Part shown: positions 14,761-28,200 of the stretch, piece after piece
How the letters are laid out: each line of letters starts with the position of its first letter
Numbering within the stretch: the first letter of the stretch is position 1
NCBI GenBank assembly: GCA_964016885.1
Contig: OZ024742.1
Location: 342,550,001-342,614,000 of the forward strand
Direction: 5' to 3'
Origin: Eledone cirrhosa
Taxonomy: Eukaryota
Length of the DNA stretch: 64,000 nucleotides
Translations under genes and position numbers: made by a program
The notes under the pieces: model-generated
Seen by the model: only the letters and a program-made list of their open reading frames with translations
Told to the model about the DNA's origin: nothing
Database searches by the model: none

Positions 14761-17700
14761 TGTGGTATGAAGTATGTGATCTCCAGTGGTATGAAGTATG
14801 TGATCTCCAGTGGTATGAAGTATGTGATCTCCAGTGGTATGAAGTATGTGATCTCCAGTAGTATGAAGTATGTCAGCTCCAGTGGTATGAAGTATGTGAT
14901 CTCCAGTGGTATGAAGTATGTGATCTCCAGTGGTATGAAGTATGTGATCTCCAGTGGTATGAAGTATGTGATCTACAGTGGTATGAAGTATGTCAGCTCC
15001 AGTGGTATGAAGTATGTGATCTCCAGTGGTATGAAGTATGTGATCTACAGTGGTATGAAGTATTTGATCTCCTAGTATGAAGTATGTGATCTACAGTGGT
15101 ATGAAGTTTGTTAGCTCCTGTGGTATGAAGTATGTGATCTCCAGTGGTATGAAGTATGTGATCTCCAGTGGTATGAAGTATGTGATCTACAGTGGTATGA
15201 AGTATGTGATCTACAGTGGTATGAAGTATGTGATCTACAGTGGTATAAAGTATGTGATATCCTGTGGTATGAAGTATGTGATATACTGTGGTATGAAGTA
15301 TGTGATCTCCAGTGGTATGAAGTATGTGATCTCCAGTAGTATGAAGTATGTGATCTCCAGTGGTATGAAGTATGTGATCTCCAGTGGTATGAAGTATGTG
15401 ATCTACAGTGGTATGAAGTATGTGATCTCCAGTGGTATGAAGTATGTGATAACCTGTGGTATGAAGTATGTGATATCCTGTGGTATGAAGTATGTGATCT
15501 ACAGTGGTATGAAGTATGTGATCTCCAGTGGTATGAAGTATGTGATAACCTGTGGTATGAAGTATGTGATATCCTGTGGTATGAAGTATGTGATCTATAG
15601 TGGTATGAAGTATGTGATCTCCAGCGGTATGAACTATGTGATATCCAGTGGTGTGAAGTATGTGATCTACAGTGGTATGAAGTATGTGATCTACAGTGGT
15701 ATGAAGTATGTGATCTACAGTGGTATGAAGTATGTGATATCCTGTGGTATGAAGTATGTGATCTCCAGTGGTATGAAGTATGTGATCTACAGTGGAATGA
15801 AGTATGTAATCTCCAGTGGTATGAAGTATGTGATCTCCAGTGGTATGAAGTATGTGATCTCCAGTGGTATGAAGTATGTGATCTACAGTGGTATGAAGTA
15901 TGTAATCTCCAGTGCTATGAAGTATGTGATCTACAGTGGTATGAAGTATGTGATCTACAGTGGTATGAAGTATGTGATCTACAGTGGTATGAAGTATGTG
16001 ATCTCCAGTGGTATGAAGTATGTAATCTACAGTGGTATGAAGTATGTGATCTCCAGTGGTATGAAATATGTGATCTACAGTGGTATGAAGTATGTTAGCT
16101 CCAGTGGTATGAAGTATGTGATCTACAGTGGTATGAAGTATGTCAGCTCCAGTGGTATGAAGTATGTGATCTCCAGTGGTATGAAGTATGTGATCTACAG
16201 TGGTATGAAGTATGTGATCTACAGTGGTATGAAGTGTGTGATCTACAGTGGTATGAAGTATGTGATCTACAGTGGTATGAAGTATGTGATCTACAGTGGT
16301 ATGAAGTATGTGATCTCCAGTGGTATGAAGTATGTCAGCTCCAGTGGTATGAAGTATGTGATCTACAGTGGTATGAAGTATGTGATCTACAGTGGTATGG
16401 AGTATGTGATCTCCAGTGGTATGAAGTATGTGATCTCCAGTGGTATGAAGTATGTGATCTCCATTGGTATGAAGTATGTGATCTACAGTGGTATGAAGTA
16501 TGTCAGCTCCAGTGGTATGAAGTATGAGATCTACAGTGGTATGAAGTATGTGATCTACAGTGGTATGAAGTATGTGATCTGCAGTGGTATGAAGTATGTC
16601 AGCTCCAGTGGTATGAAGTATATGATCTACAGTGGTATGAAGTATGTGATCTACAGTGGTATGAAGTATGTGATCTACAGTGGTATGAAGTATGTCAGCT
16701 CCAGTGGTATGAAGTATGTGATCTACAGTGGTATGAAGTATGTAATCTACAGTGGTATGAAGTATGTGATCTCCAGTGGTATGAAGTATGTTATAACCTG
16801 TGGTATGAAGTATGTGATATCCTGTGGTATGAAGTATGTGATCTACAGTGGTATGAACTATGTGATCTCCAGTGGTATGAAGTATGTGATAACCTGTGGT
16901 ATGAAGTATGTGATATCCTGTGGTATGAAGGATGTGATCTATAGTGGTATGAAGTATGTGATCTACAGAGGTATGAACTATGTGATATCCAGTGGTATGA
17001 AGTATGTGATCTACACTGGTATGAAGTATGTGATCTACAGTGGTATGAAGTATGTGATCTACAGTGGTATGAAGTATGTGATATCCTGTGGTATGAAGTA
17101 TGTAATCTCCAGTGGTATGAAGTATGTGATCTCCAGTGGTATGAAGTATGTGATCTCCAGTGGTATGAAGTATGTGATCTACAGTGGTATGAAGTATGTA
17201 ATCTCCAGTGGTATGAAGTATGTGATCTACAGTGGTATGAAGTATGTGATCTACAGTGGTATGAAGTATGTGATCTACAGTGGTATGAAGTATGTGATCT
17301 CCAGTGGTATGAAGTATGTAATCTACAGTGGTATGAAGTATGTGATCTACAGTGGTATGAAGTATGTGATCTCCTGTGGTATGAAATATGTCAGCTCATG
17401 TGGTATGAAGTATGTGATCTCCAGTGGTATGAAGTATGTGATCTCCAGTGGTATGAAATATGTGATCTACAGTGGTATGAATTATGTGATCTCCAGTGGT
17501 ATGAAGTATGTGATCTCCAGTGGTATGAAGTATGTGATCTCCAGTGGTATGAAGTATGTCAGCTCCAGTGGTATGAAGTATGTGATCTCCAGTGGTATGA
17601 AATATGTGATCTAGAGTGGTATGAAGTATGTTAGCTCCAGTGGTATGAAGTATGTGATCTACAGTGGTATGAAGTATGTCAGATCCAGTGGTATGAAGTA

Positions 17701-20700
17701 TGTGATCTCCAGTGGTATGAAGTATGTGATCTCCTGTGGTATGATGTATGTGATCTACAGTGGTATGAAGTATGTGATCTACAGTGGTATGAAGTATGTG
17801 ATCTACAGTGGTATGAAGTATGTGATCTACAGTGGTATGAAGTATGTGATCTACAGTGGTATGAAGTATGTGATCTACAGTGGTATGAAGTATGTGATCT
17901 CCAGTGGTATGAAGTATGTCAGCTCCAGTGGTATGAAGTATGTGATCTACAGTGGTATGAAGTATGTGATCTACAGTGGTATGAAGTATGTGATCTCCAG
18001 TGGTATGAAGTATGTGATCTCCAGTGGTATGAAGTATGTGATCTCCATTGGTATGAAGTATGTGATCTACAGTGGTATGAAGTATGTCAGCTCCAGTGGT
18101 ATGAAGTATGAGATCTAGAGTGGTATGAAGTATGTGATCTACAGTGGTATGAAGTATGTGATCTCCAGTGGTATGAAGTATGTGATCTCCAGTGGTATGA
18201 AGTATGTGATCTCCTGTGGTATGAAATATGTCAGATCCAGTGGTATGAAGAATGTGATCTCCAGTGGTATGAAGTATGTGACCTCCAGTGGTATGAAATA
18301 TGTGATCTACAGTGGTATGAAGTATGTGATCTCCAGTGGTATGAAGTATGTGATCTCCAGTGGTATGAAATATGTGATCTCCAGTGGTATGAAGTATGTG
18401 ATCTCCAGTGGTATGAAATATGTGATCTCCAGTGGTATGAAGTATGTGATCTCCAGTGGTATGAAGTATGTCATATCCTGTGGTATGAAGTATGTGATTT
18501 CCAGTGGTATGAAGTATGTCAGCTCCAGTGGTATGAAGTATGTGATCTCCAGTGGTATGAAGTATGTGATCTCCAGTGGTATGAAATATGTGATCTACAG
18601 TGGTATGAAGTATGTTAGCTCCAGTGGTATGAGGTATGTGATCTACAGTAGTATGAAGTATGTGATCTCCTGGGGTATGAAGTATGTGATCTACAGTGGT
18701 ATGAAGTATGTGATCTCCAGTGGTATGAAGTATGTGATCTACAGTGGTATGAAGTATGTGATCTACAGTGGTATGAAGTATGTGATCTCCAGTGGTATGA
18801 AGTATGTTAGCTCCAGTGGTATGAAGTGTGTGATCTCCAGTGGTATGAAGTATGTGATCTACAGTGGTATGAAGTATGTGATTTACAGTGGTATGAAGTA
18901 TGTGATCTCCTGTGGTATGAAGTATGTGATCTACAGTGGTATGAAGTATGTTAGCTCCAGTGGTGTGAAGTATGTGATCTACAGTGGTATGAAGTATGTG
19001 ATATCCTGTGGTATGAAGTATGTGATCTCCAGTGGTATGAAGTATGTCAGCTCCAGTGGTATGAAGTATGTGATCTCCTGTGGTATGAAGTATGTGATCT
19101 ACAGTGGTATGAAGTATGTGATCTCCAGTGGTATGAAGTATGTGATATCCTGTGGTATGAAGTATGTGATATCCTGTGGTATGAAGTATGTGATCTCCAG
19201 TGGTATGAAGTATGTCAGCTCCAGTGGTATGAAGTATGTGATCTCCAGTTGTATGAAGTATGTGATCTACAGTGGTATGAAGTATATGAACTCCTGTGGT
19301 ATGAAGTATGTGATCTACAGTGGTATGAAGTATGTTAGCTCCTGTGGTATGAAGTATGTGATCTCCAGTGGTATGAAGTATGTGATCTCCAGTGGTATGA
19401 AGTATGTGATCTACAGTGGTATGAAGTATGTGATCTCCTGTGGTATGAAGTATGTGATCTACAGTGGTATGAAGTATGTGATCACCAGTGGTATGAAGTA
19501 TGTGATCTATAGTGGTATGAAGTATGTGATCTACAGTGGTATGAAGTATGTGATCTACAGTGGTATGAAGTATGTGATATCCTGTGGTATGAAGTATGTG
19601 ATATCCTGTGGTATGAAGTATGTGATCTCCAGTGGTATGAAGTATGTGATCTCCAGTGGTATGAAGTATGTGATCTCCAGTGGTATGAAGTATGTGATCT
19701 CCAGTAGTATGAAGTATGTCAGCTCCAGTGGTATGAAGTATGTGATCTCCAGTGGTATGAAGTATGTGATCTCCAGTGGTATGAAGTATGTGATCTCCAG
19801 TGGTATGAAGTATGTGATCTACAGTGGTATGAAGTATGTCAGCTCCGGTGCTATGAAGTATGTGATCTCCAGTGGTATGAAGTATGTGATCTACAGTGGT
19901 ATGAAGTATGTGATCTCCTGTGGTATGAAGTATGTGATCTACAGTGGTATGAAGTTTGTTAGCTCCTGTGGTATGAAGTATGTGATCTCCAGTGGTATGA
20001 AGTATGTGATCTCCAGTGGTATGAAGTATGTGATCTACAGTGGTATGAAGTATGTGATCTACAGTGGTATGAAGTATGTGATCTACAGTGGTATAAAGTA
20101 TGTGATATCCTGTGGTATGAAGTATGTGATATACTGTGGTATGAAGTATGTGATCTCCAGTGGTATGAAGTATGTGATCTCCAGTGGTATGAAGTATGTG
20201 ATCTACAGTGGTATGAAGTATGTGATCTCCAGTGGTATGAAGTATGTGATAACCTGTGGTATGAAGTATGTGATATCCTGTGGTATGAAGTATGTGATCT
20301 ACAGTGGTATGAAGTATGTGATCTCCAGTGGTATGAAGTATGTGATAACCTGTGGTATGAAGTATGTGATATCCTGTGGTATGAAGTATGTGATCTATAG
20401 TGGTATGAAGTATGTGATCTCCAGTGGTATGAACTATGTGATATCCAGTGGTGTGAAGTATGTGATCTACAGTGGTATGAAGTATGTGATCTACAGTGGT
20501 ATGAAGTATGTGATCTACAGTGGTATGAAGTATGTGATATCCTGTGGTATGAAGTATGTGATCTCCAGTGGTATGAAGTATGTGATCTACAGTGGTATGA
20601 AGTATGTAATCTCCAGTGGTATGAAGTATGTGATCTCCAGTGGTATGAAGTATGTGATCTCCAGTGGTATGAAGTATGTGATCTACAGCGGTATGAAGTA

Positions 20701-20712
20701 TGTAATCTCCAG

Positions 20713-23700
20713 TGCTATGAAGTATGTGATCTACAGTGGTATGAAGTATGTGATCTACAGTGGTATGAAGTATGTGATCTACAGTGGTATGAAGTATGTG
20801 ATCTCCAGTGGTATGAAGTATGTAATCTACAGTGGTATGAAGTATGTGATCTCCAGTGGTATGAAGTATGTGATCTCCTGTGGTATGAAATATGTCAGCT
20901 CCAGTGGTATGAAGTATGTGATCTCCAGTGGTATGAAGTATGTGATCTCCGGTGGTATGAAATATGTGATCTACAGTGGTATGAAGTATGTGATCTCCAG
21001 TGGTATGAAGTATGTGATCTCCAGTGGTATGAAGTATGTGATCTCCAGTGGTATGAAGTATGTCAGCTCCAGTGGTATGAAGTATGTCAGCTCCAGTGGT
21101 ATGAAGTATGTGATCTCCAGTGGTATGAAATATGTGATCTACAGTGGTATGAAGTATGTTAGCTCCAGTGGTATGAAGTATGTGATCTACAGTGGTATGA
21201 AGTATGTCAGCTCCAGTGGTATGAAGTATGTGATCTCCAGTGGTATGAAGTATGTGATCTACAGTGGTATGAAGTATGTGATCTACAGTGGTATGAAGTA
21301 TGTAATCTACAGTGGTATGAAGTATGTGATCTACAGTGGTATGAAGTATGTCATCTACAGTGGTATGAAGTATGTGATCTACAGTGGTATGAAGTATGTC
21401 AGCTCCAGTGGTATGAAGTATGTGATCTACAGTGGTATGAAGTATGTAATCTACAGTGGTATGAAGTATGTGATCTCCAGTGGTATGAAGTATGTGATCT
21501 CCTGTGGTATGAAATATGTGATCTACAGTGGTATGAAGTATGTGATCTCCAGTGGTATGAAGTATGTGATCTCCAGTGGTATGAAATATGTGATCTCCAG
21601 TGGTATGAAGTATGTGATCTCCAGTGGTATGAAGTATGTCATATCCTGTGGTATGAAGTATGTGATCTCCAGTGGTATGAAGTATGTCAGCTCCAGTGGT
21701 ATGAAGTATGTGATCTCCAGTGGTATGAAGTATGTGATCTCCAGTGGTAGGAAATATGTGATCTACAGTGGTATGAAGTATGTTAGCTCCAGTGGTATGA
21801 GGTATGTGATCTACAGTGGTATGAAGTATGTGATCTCCTGTGGTATGAAGTATGTGATCTACAGTGGTATGAAGTATGTGATCTCCAGTGGTATGAAGTA
21901 TGTGATCTACAGTGGTATGAAGTATGTGATCTACAGTGGTATGAAGTATGGGATCTCCAGTGGTATGAAGTATGTTAGCTCCAGTGGTATGAAGTGTGTG
22001 ATCTCCAGTGGTATGAAGTATGTGATCTACAGTGGTATGAAGTATGTGATCTACAGTGGTATGAACTATGTGATTTACAGTGGTATGAAGTATGTGATCT
22101 CCTGTGGTATGAAGTATGTGATCTACAGTGGTATGAAGTATGTGATCTCCAGTGGTATGAAGTATGTGATCTACAGTGGTATGAAGTATGTGATATCCTG
22201 TGGTATGAAGTATGTGATATCCAGTGGTATGAAGTATGTCAGCTCCAGTGGTATGAAGTATGTGATCTCCTGTGGTATGAAGTATGTGATCTACAGTGGT
22301 ATGAAGTATGTGATCTCCAGTGGTATGAAGTATGTGATATCCTGTGGTATGAAGTATGTGATATCCTGTGGTATGAAGTATGTGATCTCCAGTGGTATGA
22401 AGTATGTCAGCTCCAGTGGTATGAAGTATGTGATATCCAGTTGTATGAAGTATGTGATCTACAGTGGTATGAAGTATATGATCTCCTGTGGTATGAAGTA
22501 TGTGATCTACAGTGGTATGAAGTATATTAGCTCCTGTGGTATGAAGTATGTGATCTCCAGTGGTATGAAGTATGTGATCTCCAGTGGTATGAAGTATGTG
22601 ATCTACAGTGGTATGAAGTCTGTGATCTCCTGTGGTATGAAGTATGTGATCTACAGTGCTATGAAGTATGTGATATCCTGTGGTATGAAGTGTGTGATAT
22701 CCTGTGGTATGAAGTATGTGATCTCCAGTGGTATGAAGTATGTGATATCCTGTGGTATTAAGTATGTGATCTCCAGTGGTATGAAGTATGTGATCTCCAG
22801 TGGTATGAAGTATATGATCTCCAGTGGTATGAAGTATGTGATCTACAGTGGTATGAAGTATGTGATCTCCAGTAGTATGAAGTATGTCAGCTCCAGTGGT
22901 ATGAAGTATGTGATCTCCAGTGGTATGAAGTATGTGATCTCCAGTGGTATGAAGTATGTGATCTCCAGTGGCATGAAGTATGTGATCTCCAGTGGTATGA
23001 AGTATGTCAACTCCAGTGGTATGAAGTATGTCAGCTCCAGTGGTATGAAGTATGTGATCTCCAGTGGTATGAAGTATGTGATCTCCAGTGGTATGAAGTA
23101 TGTCAACTCCAGTGGTATGAAGTATGTGATCTCCAGTGGTATGAAGTATGTGATCTCCAGTGGTATGAAGTATGTGATCTCCAGTTGTATGAAGTATGTC
23201 AGCTCCAGTGGTATGAAGTATGTGATATCCTGTGGTATGAAGTATGTGATCTACAGTGGTATGAAGTATGTGATCTCCAGTGGTATGAAGTATGTGATCT
23301 ACAGTGGTATGAAGTATGTGATCTCCAGTGGTATGAAGTATGTGATCTCCAGTGGTATGAAGTATGTGATCTACAGTGGTATGAAGTATGTGATATCCTG
23401 TGGTATGAAGTATGTGATCTCCGGTGGTATGAAATATGTGATCTCCAGTGGTATGAAGTATGTGCTCTCCAGTGGTATGAAGTATGTGATCTCCAGTGGT
23501 ATGAAGTATGTGATCTCCAGTGGTATGAAATATGTGATCTACAGTGGTATGAAGTATGTGATCTCCAGTGGTATGAAGTATGTGATCTCCAGTGGTATGA
23601 AATATGTGATCTCCAGTGGTATGAAGTATGTGATCTCCAGTGGTATGAAGTATGTCATATCCTGTGGTATGAAGTATGTGATCTCCAGTGGTATGGAGTA

Positions 23701-26700
23701 TGTCAGCTCCAGTGGTATGAAGTATGTGATCTCCAGTGGTATGAAGTATGTGATCTCCAGTGGTATGAAATATGTGATCTACAGTGGTATGAAGTATGTT
23801 AGCTCCAGTGGTATGAAGTATGTGATCTACAGTGGTATGAAGTATGTGATCTCCAGTGGTATGAAGTATGTGATCTACAGTGGTATGAAGTATGTGATCT
23901 ACAGTGGTATGAAGTATGTGATCTCCAGTGGTATGAAGTATGTTAGCTCCAGTGGTATGAAGTGTGTGATCTACAGTGGTATGAAGTATGTGATCTACAG
24001 TGGTACGAAGTATGTAATCTCCAGTGGTATGAAGTATGTGATCTACAGTGGTATGAAGTATGTGATCTACAGTGGTATGAAGTATGTGATCTATAGTGGT
24101 ATGAAGTATGTGATCTCCTGTGGTATGAAGTATGTGATCTACAGTGGTATGAAGTATGTGATCTCCAGTGTTATGAAGTATGTGATCTCCAGTGGTATGA
24201 AGTATGTGATCTACAGTGGTATGAAGTATGTGATATCCTGTGGTATGAAGTATGTGATCTCCAGTGGTATGAAGTATGTCAGCTCCAGTGGTATGAAGTA
24301 TGTGCTCTCCTGTGGTATGAAGTATGTGATCTACAGTGGTATGAAGTATGTGATCTCCAGTGGTATGAAGTATGTGATATCCTGTGGTATGAAGTATGTA
24401 ATATCCTGTGGTATGAAGTATGTGATCTCCAGTGGTATGAAGTATGTGATCTCCAGTGCTATGAAGTATGTGATCTACAGTGGTATGAAGTATGTGATCT
24501 ACAGTGGTATGAAGTATGTGATCTACAGTGGTATGAAGTATGTGATCTCCAGTGGTATGAAGTATGTAATCTACAGTGGTATGAAGTATGTGATCTCCAG
24601 TGGTATGAAGTATGTGATCTCCTGTGGTATGAAATATGTCAGCTCCAGTGGTATGAAGTATGTGATCTCCAGTGGTATGAAGTATGTGATCTCCAGTGGT
24701 ATGAAATATGTGATCTACAGTGGTATGAAGTATGTGATCTCCAGTGGTATGAAGTATGTGATCTCCAGTGGTATGAAGTATGTGATCTCCAGTGGTATGA
24801 AGTATGTCAGCTCCAGTGGTATGAAGTATGTCAGCTCCAGTGGTATGAAGTATGTGATCTCCAGTGGTATGAAATATGTGATCTACAGTGGTATGAAGTA
24901 TGTTAGCTCCAGTGGTATGAAGTATGTGATCTACAGTGGTATGAAGTATGTCAGCTCCAGTGGTATGAAGTATGTGATCTCCAGTGGTATGAAGTATGTG
25001 ATCTACAGTGGTATGAAGTATGTGATCTACAGTGGTATGAAGTATGTAATCTACAGTGGTATGAAGTATGTGATCTACAGTGGTATGAAGTATGTCATCT
25101 ACAGTGGTATGAAGTATGTGATCTACAGTGGTATGAAGTATGTCAGCTCCAGTGGTATGAAGTATGTGATCTACAGTGGTATGAAGTATGTAATCTACAG
25201 TGGTATGAAGTATGTGATCTCCAGTGGTATGAAGTATGTGATCTCCTGTGGTATGAAATATGTGATCTACAGTGGTATGAAGTATGTGATCTCCAGTGGT
25301 ATGAAGTATGTGATCTCCAGTGGTATGAAATATGTGATCTCCAGTGGTATGAAGTATGTGATCTCCAGTGGTATGAAGTATGTCATATCCTGTGGTATGA
25401 AGTATGTGATCTCCAGTGGTATGAAGTATGTCAGCTCCAGTGGTATGAAGTATGTGATCTCCAGTGGTATGAAGTATGTGATCTCCAGTGGTAGGAAATA
25501 TGTGATCTACAGTGGTATGAAGTATGTTAGCTCCAGTGGTATGAGGTATGTGATCTACAGTGGTATGAAGTATGTGATCTCCTGTGGTATGAAGTATGTG
25601 ATCTACAGTGGTATGAAGTATGTGATCTCCAGTGGTATGAAGTATGTGATCTACAGTGGTATGAAGTATGTGATCTACAGTGGTATGAAGTATGGGATCT
25701 CCAGTGGTATGAAGTATGTTAGCTCCAGTGGTATGAAGTGTGTGATCTCCAGTGGTATGAAGTATGTGATCTACAGTGGTATGAAGTATGTGATCTACAG
25801 TGGTATGAACTATGTGATTTACAGTGGTATGAAGTATGTGATCTCCTGTGGTATGAAGTATGTGATCTACAGTGGTATGAAGTATGTGATCTCCAGTGGT
25901 ATGAAGTATGTGATCTACAGTGGTATGAAGTATGTGATATCCTGTGGTATGAAGTATGTGATATCCAGTGGTATGAAGTATGTCAGCTCCAGTGGTATGA
26001 AGTATGTGATCTCCTGTGGTATGAAGTATGTGATCTACAGTGGTATGAAGTATGTGATCTCCAGTGGTATGAAGTATGTGATATCCTGTGGTATGAAGTA
26101 TGTGATATCCTGTGGTATGAAGTATGTGATCTCCAGTGGTATGAAGTATGTCAGCTCCAGTGGTATGAAGTATGTGATATCCAGTTGTATGAAGTATGTG
26201 ATCTACAGTGGTATGAAGTATATGATCTCCTGTGGTATGAAGTATGTGATCTACAGTGGTATGAAGTATATTAGCTCCTGTGGTATGAAGTATGTGATCT
26301 CCAGTGGTATGAAGTATGTGATCTCCAGTGGTATGAAGTATGTGATCTACAGTGGTATGAAGTCTGTGATCTCCTGTGGTATGAAGTATGTGATCTACAG
26401 TGCTATGAAGTATGTGATATCCTGTGGTATGAAGTATGTGATATCCTGTGGTATGAAGTATGTGATCTCCAGTGGTATGAAGTATGTGATATCCTGTGGT
26501 ATTAAGTATGTGATCTCCAGTGGTATGAAGTATGTGATCTCCAGTGGTATGAAGTATATGATCTCCAGTGGTATGAAGTATGTGATCTACAGTGGTATGA
26601 AGTATGTGATCTCCAGTAGTATGAAGTATGTCAGCTCCAGTGGTATGAAGTATGTGATCTCCAGTGGTATGAAGTATGTGATCTCCAGTGGTATGAAGTA

Positions 26701-28200
26701 TGTGATCTCCAGTGGCATGAAGTATGTGATCTCCAGTGGTATGAAGTATGTCAACTCCAGTGGTATGAAGTATGTCAGCTCCAGTGGTATGAAGTATGTG
26801 ATCTCCAGTGGTATGAAGTATGTGATCTCCAGTGGTATGAAGTATGTCAACTCCAGTGGTATGAAGTATGTGATCTCCAGTGGTATGAAGTATGTGATCT
26901 CCAGTGGTATGAAGTATGTGATCTCCAGTTGTATGAAGTATGTCAGCTCCAGTGGTATGAAGTATGTGATATCCTGTGGTATGAAGTATGTGATCTACAG
27001 TGGTATGAAGTATGTGATCTCCAGTGGTATGAAGTATGTGATCTACAGTGGTATGAAGTATGTGATCTCCAGTGGTATGAAGTATGTGATCTCCAGTGGT
27101 ATGAAGTATGTGATCTACAGTGGTATGAAGTATGTGATATCCTGTGGTATGAAGTATGTGATCTCCGGTGGTATGAAATATGTGATCTCCAGTGGTATGA
27201 AGTATGTGCTCTCCAGTGGTATGAAGTATGTGATCTCCAGTGGTATGAAGTATGTGATCTCCAGTGGTATGAAATATGTGATCTACAGTGGTATGAAGTA
27301 TGTGATCTCCAGTGGTATGAAGTATGTGATCTCCAGTGGTATGAAATATGTGATCTCCAGTGGTATGAAGTATGTGATCTCCAGTGGTATGAAGTATGTC
27401 ATATCCTGTGGTATGAAGTATGTGATCTCCAGTGGTATGGAGTATGTCAGCTCCAGTGGTATGAAGTATGTGATCTCCAGTGGTATGAAGTATGTGATCT
27501 CCAGTGGTATGAAATATGTGATCTACAGTGGTATGAAGTATGTTAGCTCCAGTGGTATGAAGTATGTGATCTACAGTGGTATGAAGTATGTGATCTCCAG
27601 TGGTATGAAGTATGTGATCTACAGTGGTATGAAGTATGTGATCTACAGTGGTATGAAGTATGTGATCTCCAGTGGTATGAAGTATGTTAGCTCCAGTGGT
27701 ATGAAGTGTGTGATCTACAGTGGTATGAAGTATGTGATCTACAGTGGTACGAAGTATGTAATCTCCAGTGGTATGAAGTATGTGATCTACAGTGGTATGA
27801 AGTATGTGATCTACAGTGGTATGAAGTATGTGATCTATAGTGGTATGAAGTATGTGATCTCCTGTGGTATGAAGTATGTGATCTACAGTGGTATGAAGTA
27901 TGTGATCTCCAGTGTTATGAAGTATGTGATCTCCAGTGGTATGAAGTATGTGATCTACAGTGGTATGAAGTATGTGATATCCTGTGGTATGAAGTATGTG
28001 ATCTCCAGTGGTATGAAGTATGTCAGCTCCAGTGGTATGAAGTATGTGCTCTCCTGTGGTATGAAGTATGTGATCTACAGTGGTATGAAGTATGTGATCT
28101 CCAGTGGTATGAAGTATGTGATATCCTGTGGTATGAAGTATGTAATATCCTGTGGTATGAAGTATGTGATCTCCAGTGGTATGAAGTATGTGATCTCCAG
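20713..28200. repeat. Near-identical tandem duplication of 3,744 bp (156 monomers): ~20713-24456 and ~24457-28200
   Basis: Rare variants recur at exactly +3,744: GGTAGGAAA, TATGGGATC, AAGTCT, GGCATG, GTGCTC, GGTACG, AGTGTT. ORF pairs 21994/25738, 22843/26587, 23185/26929. At least two differences are visible (G at 20951; AAGTGT at ~22690 in copy 1 only). Confidence 0.92.
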
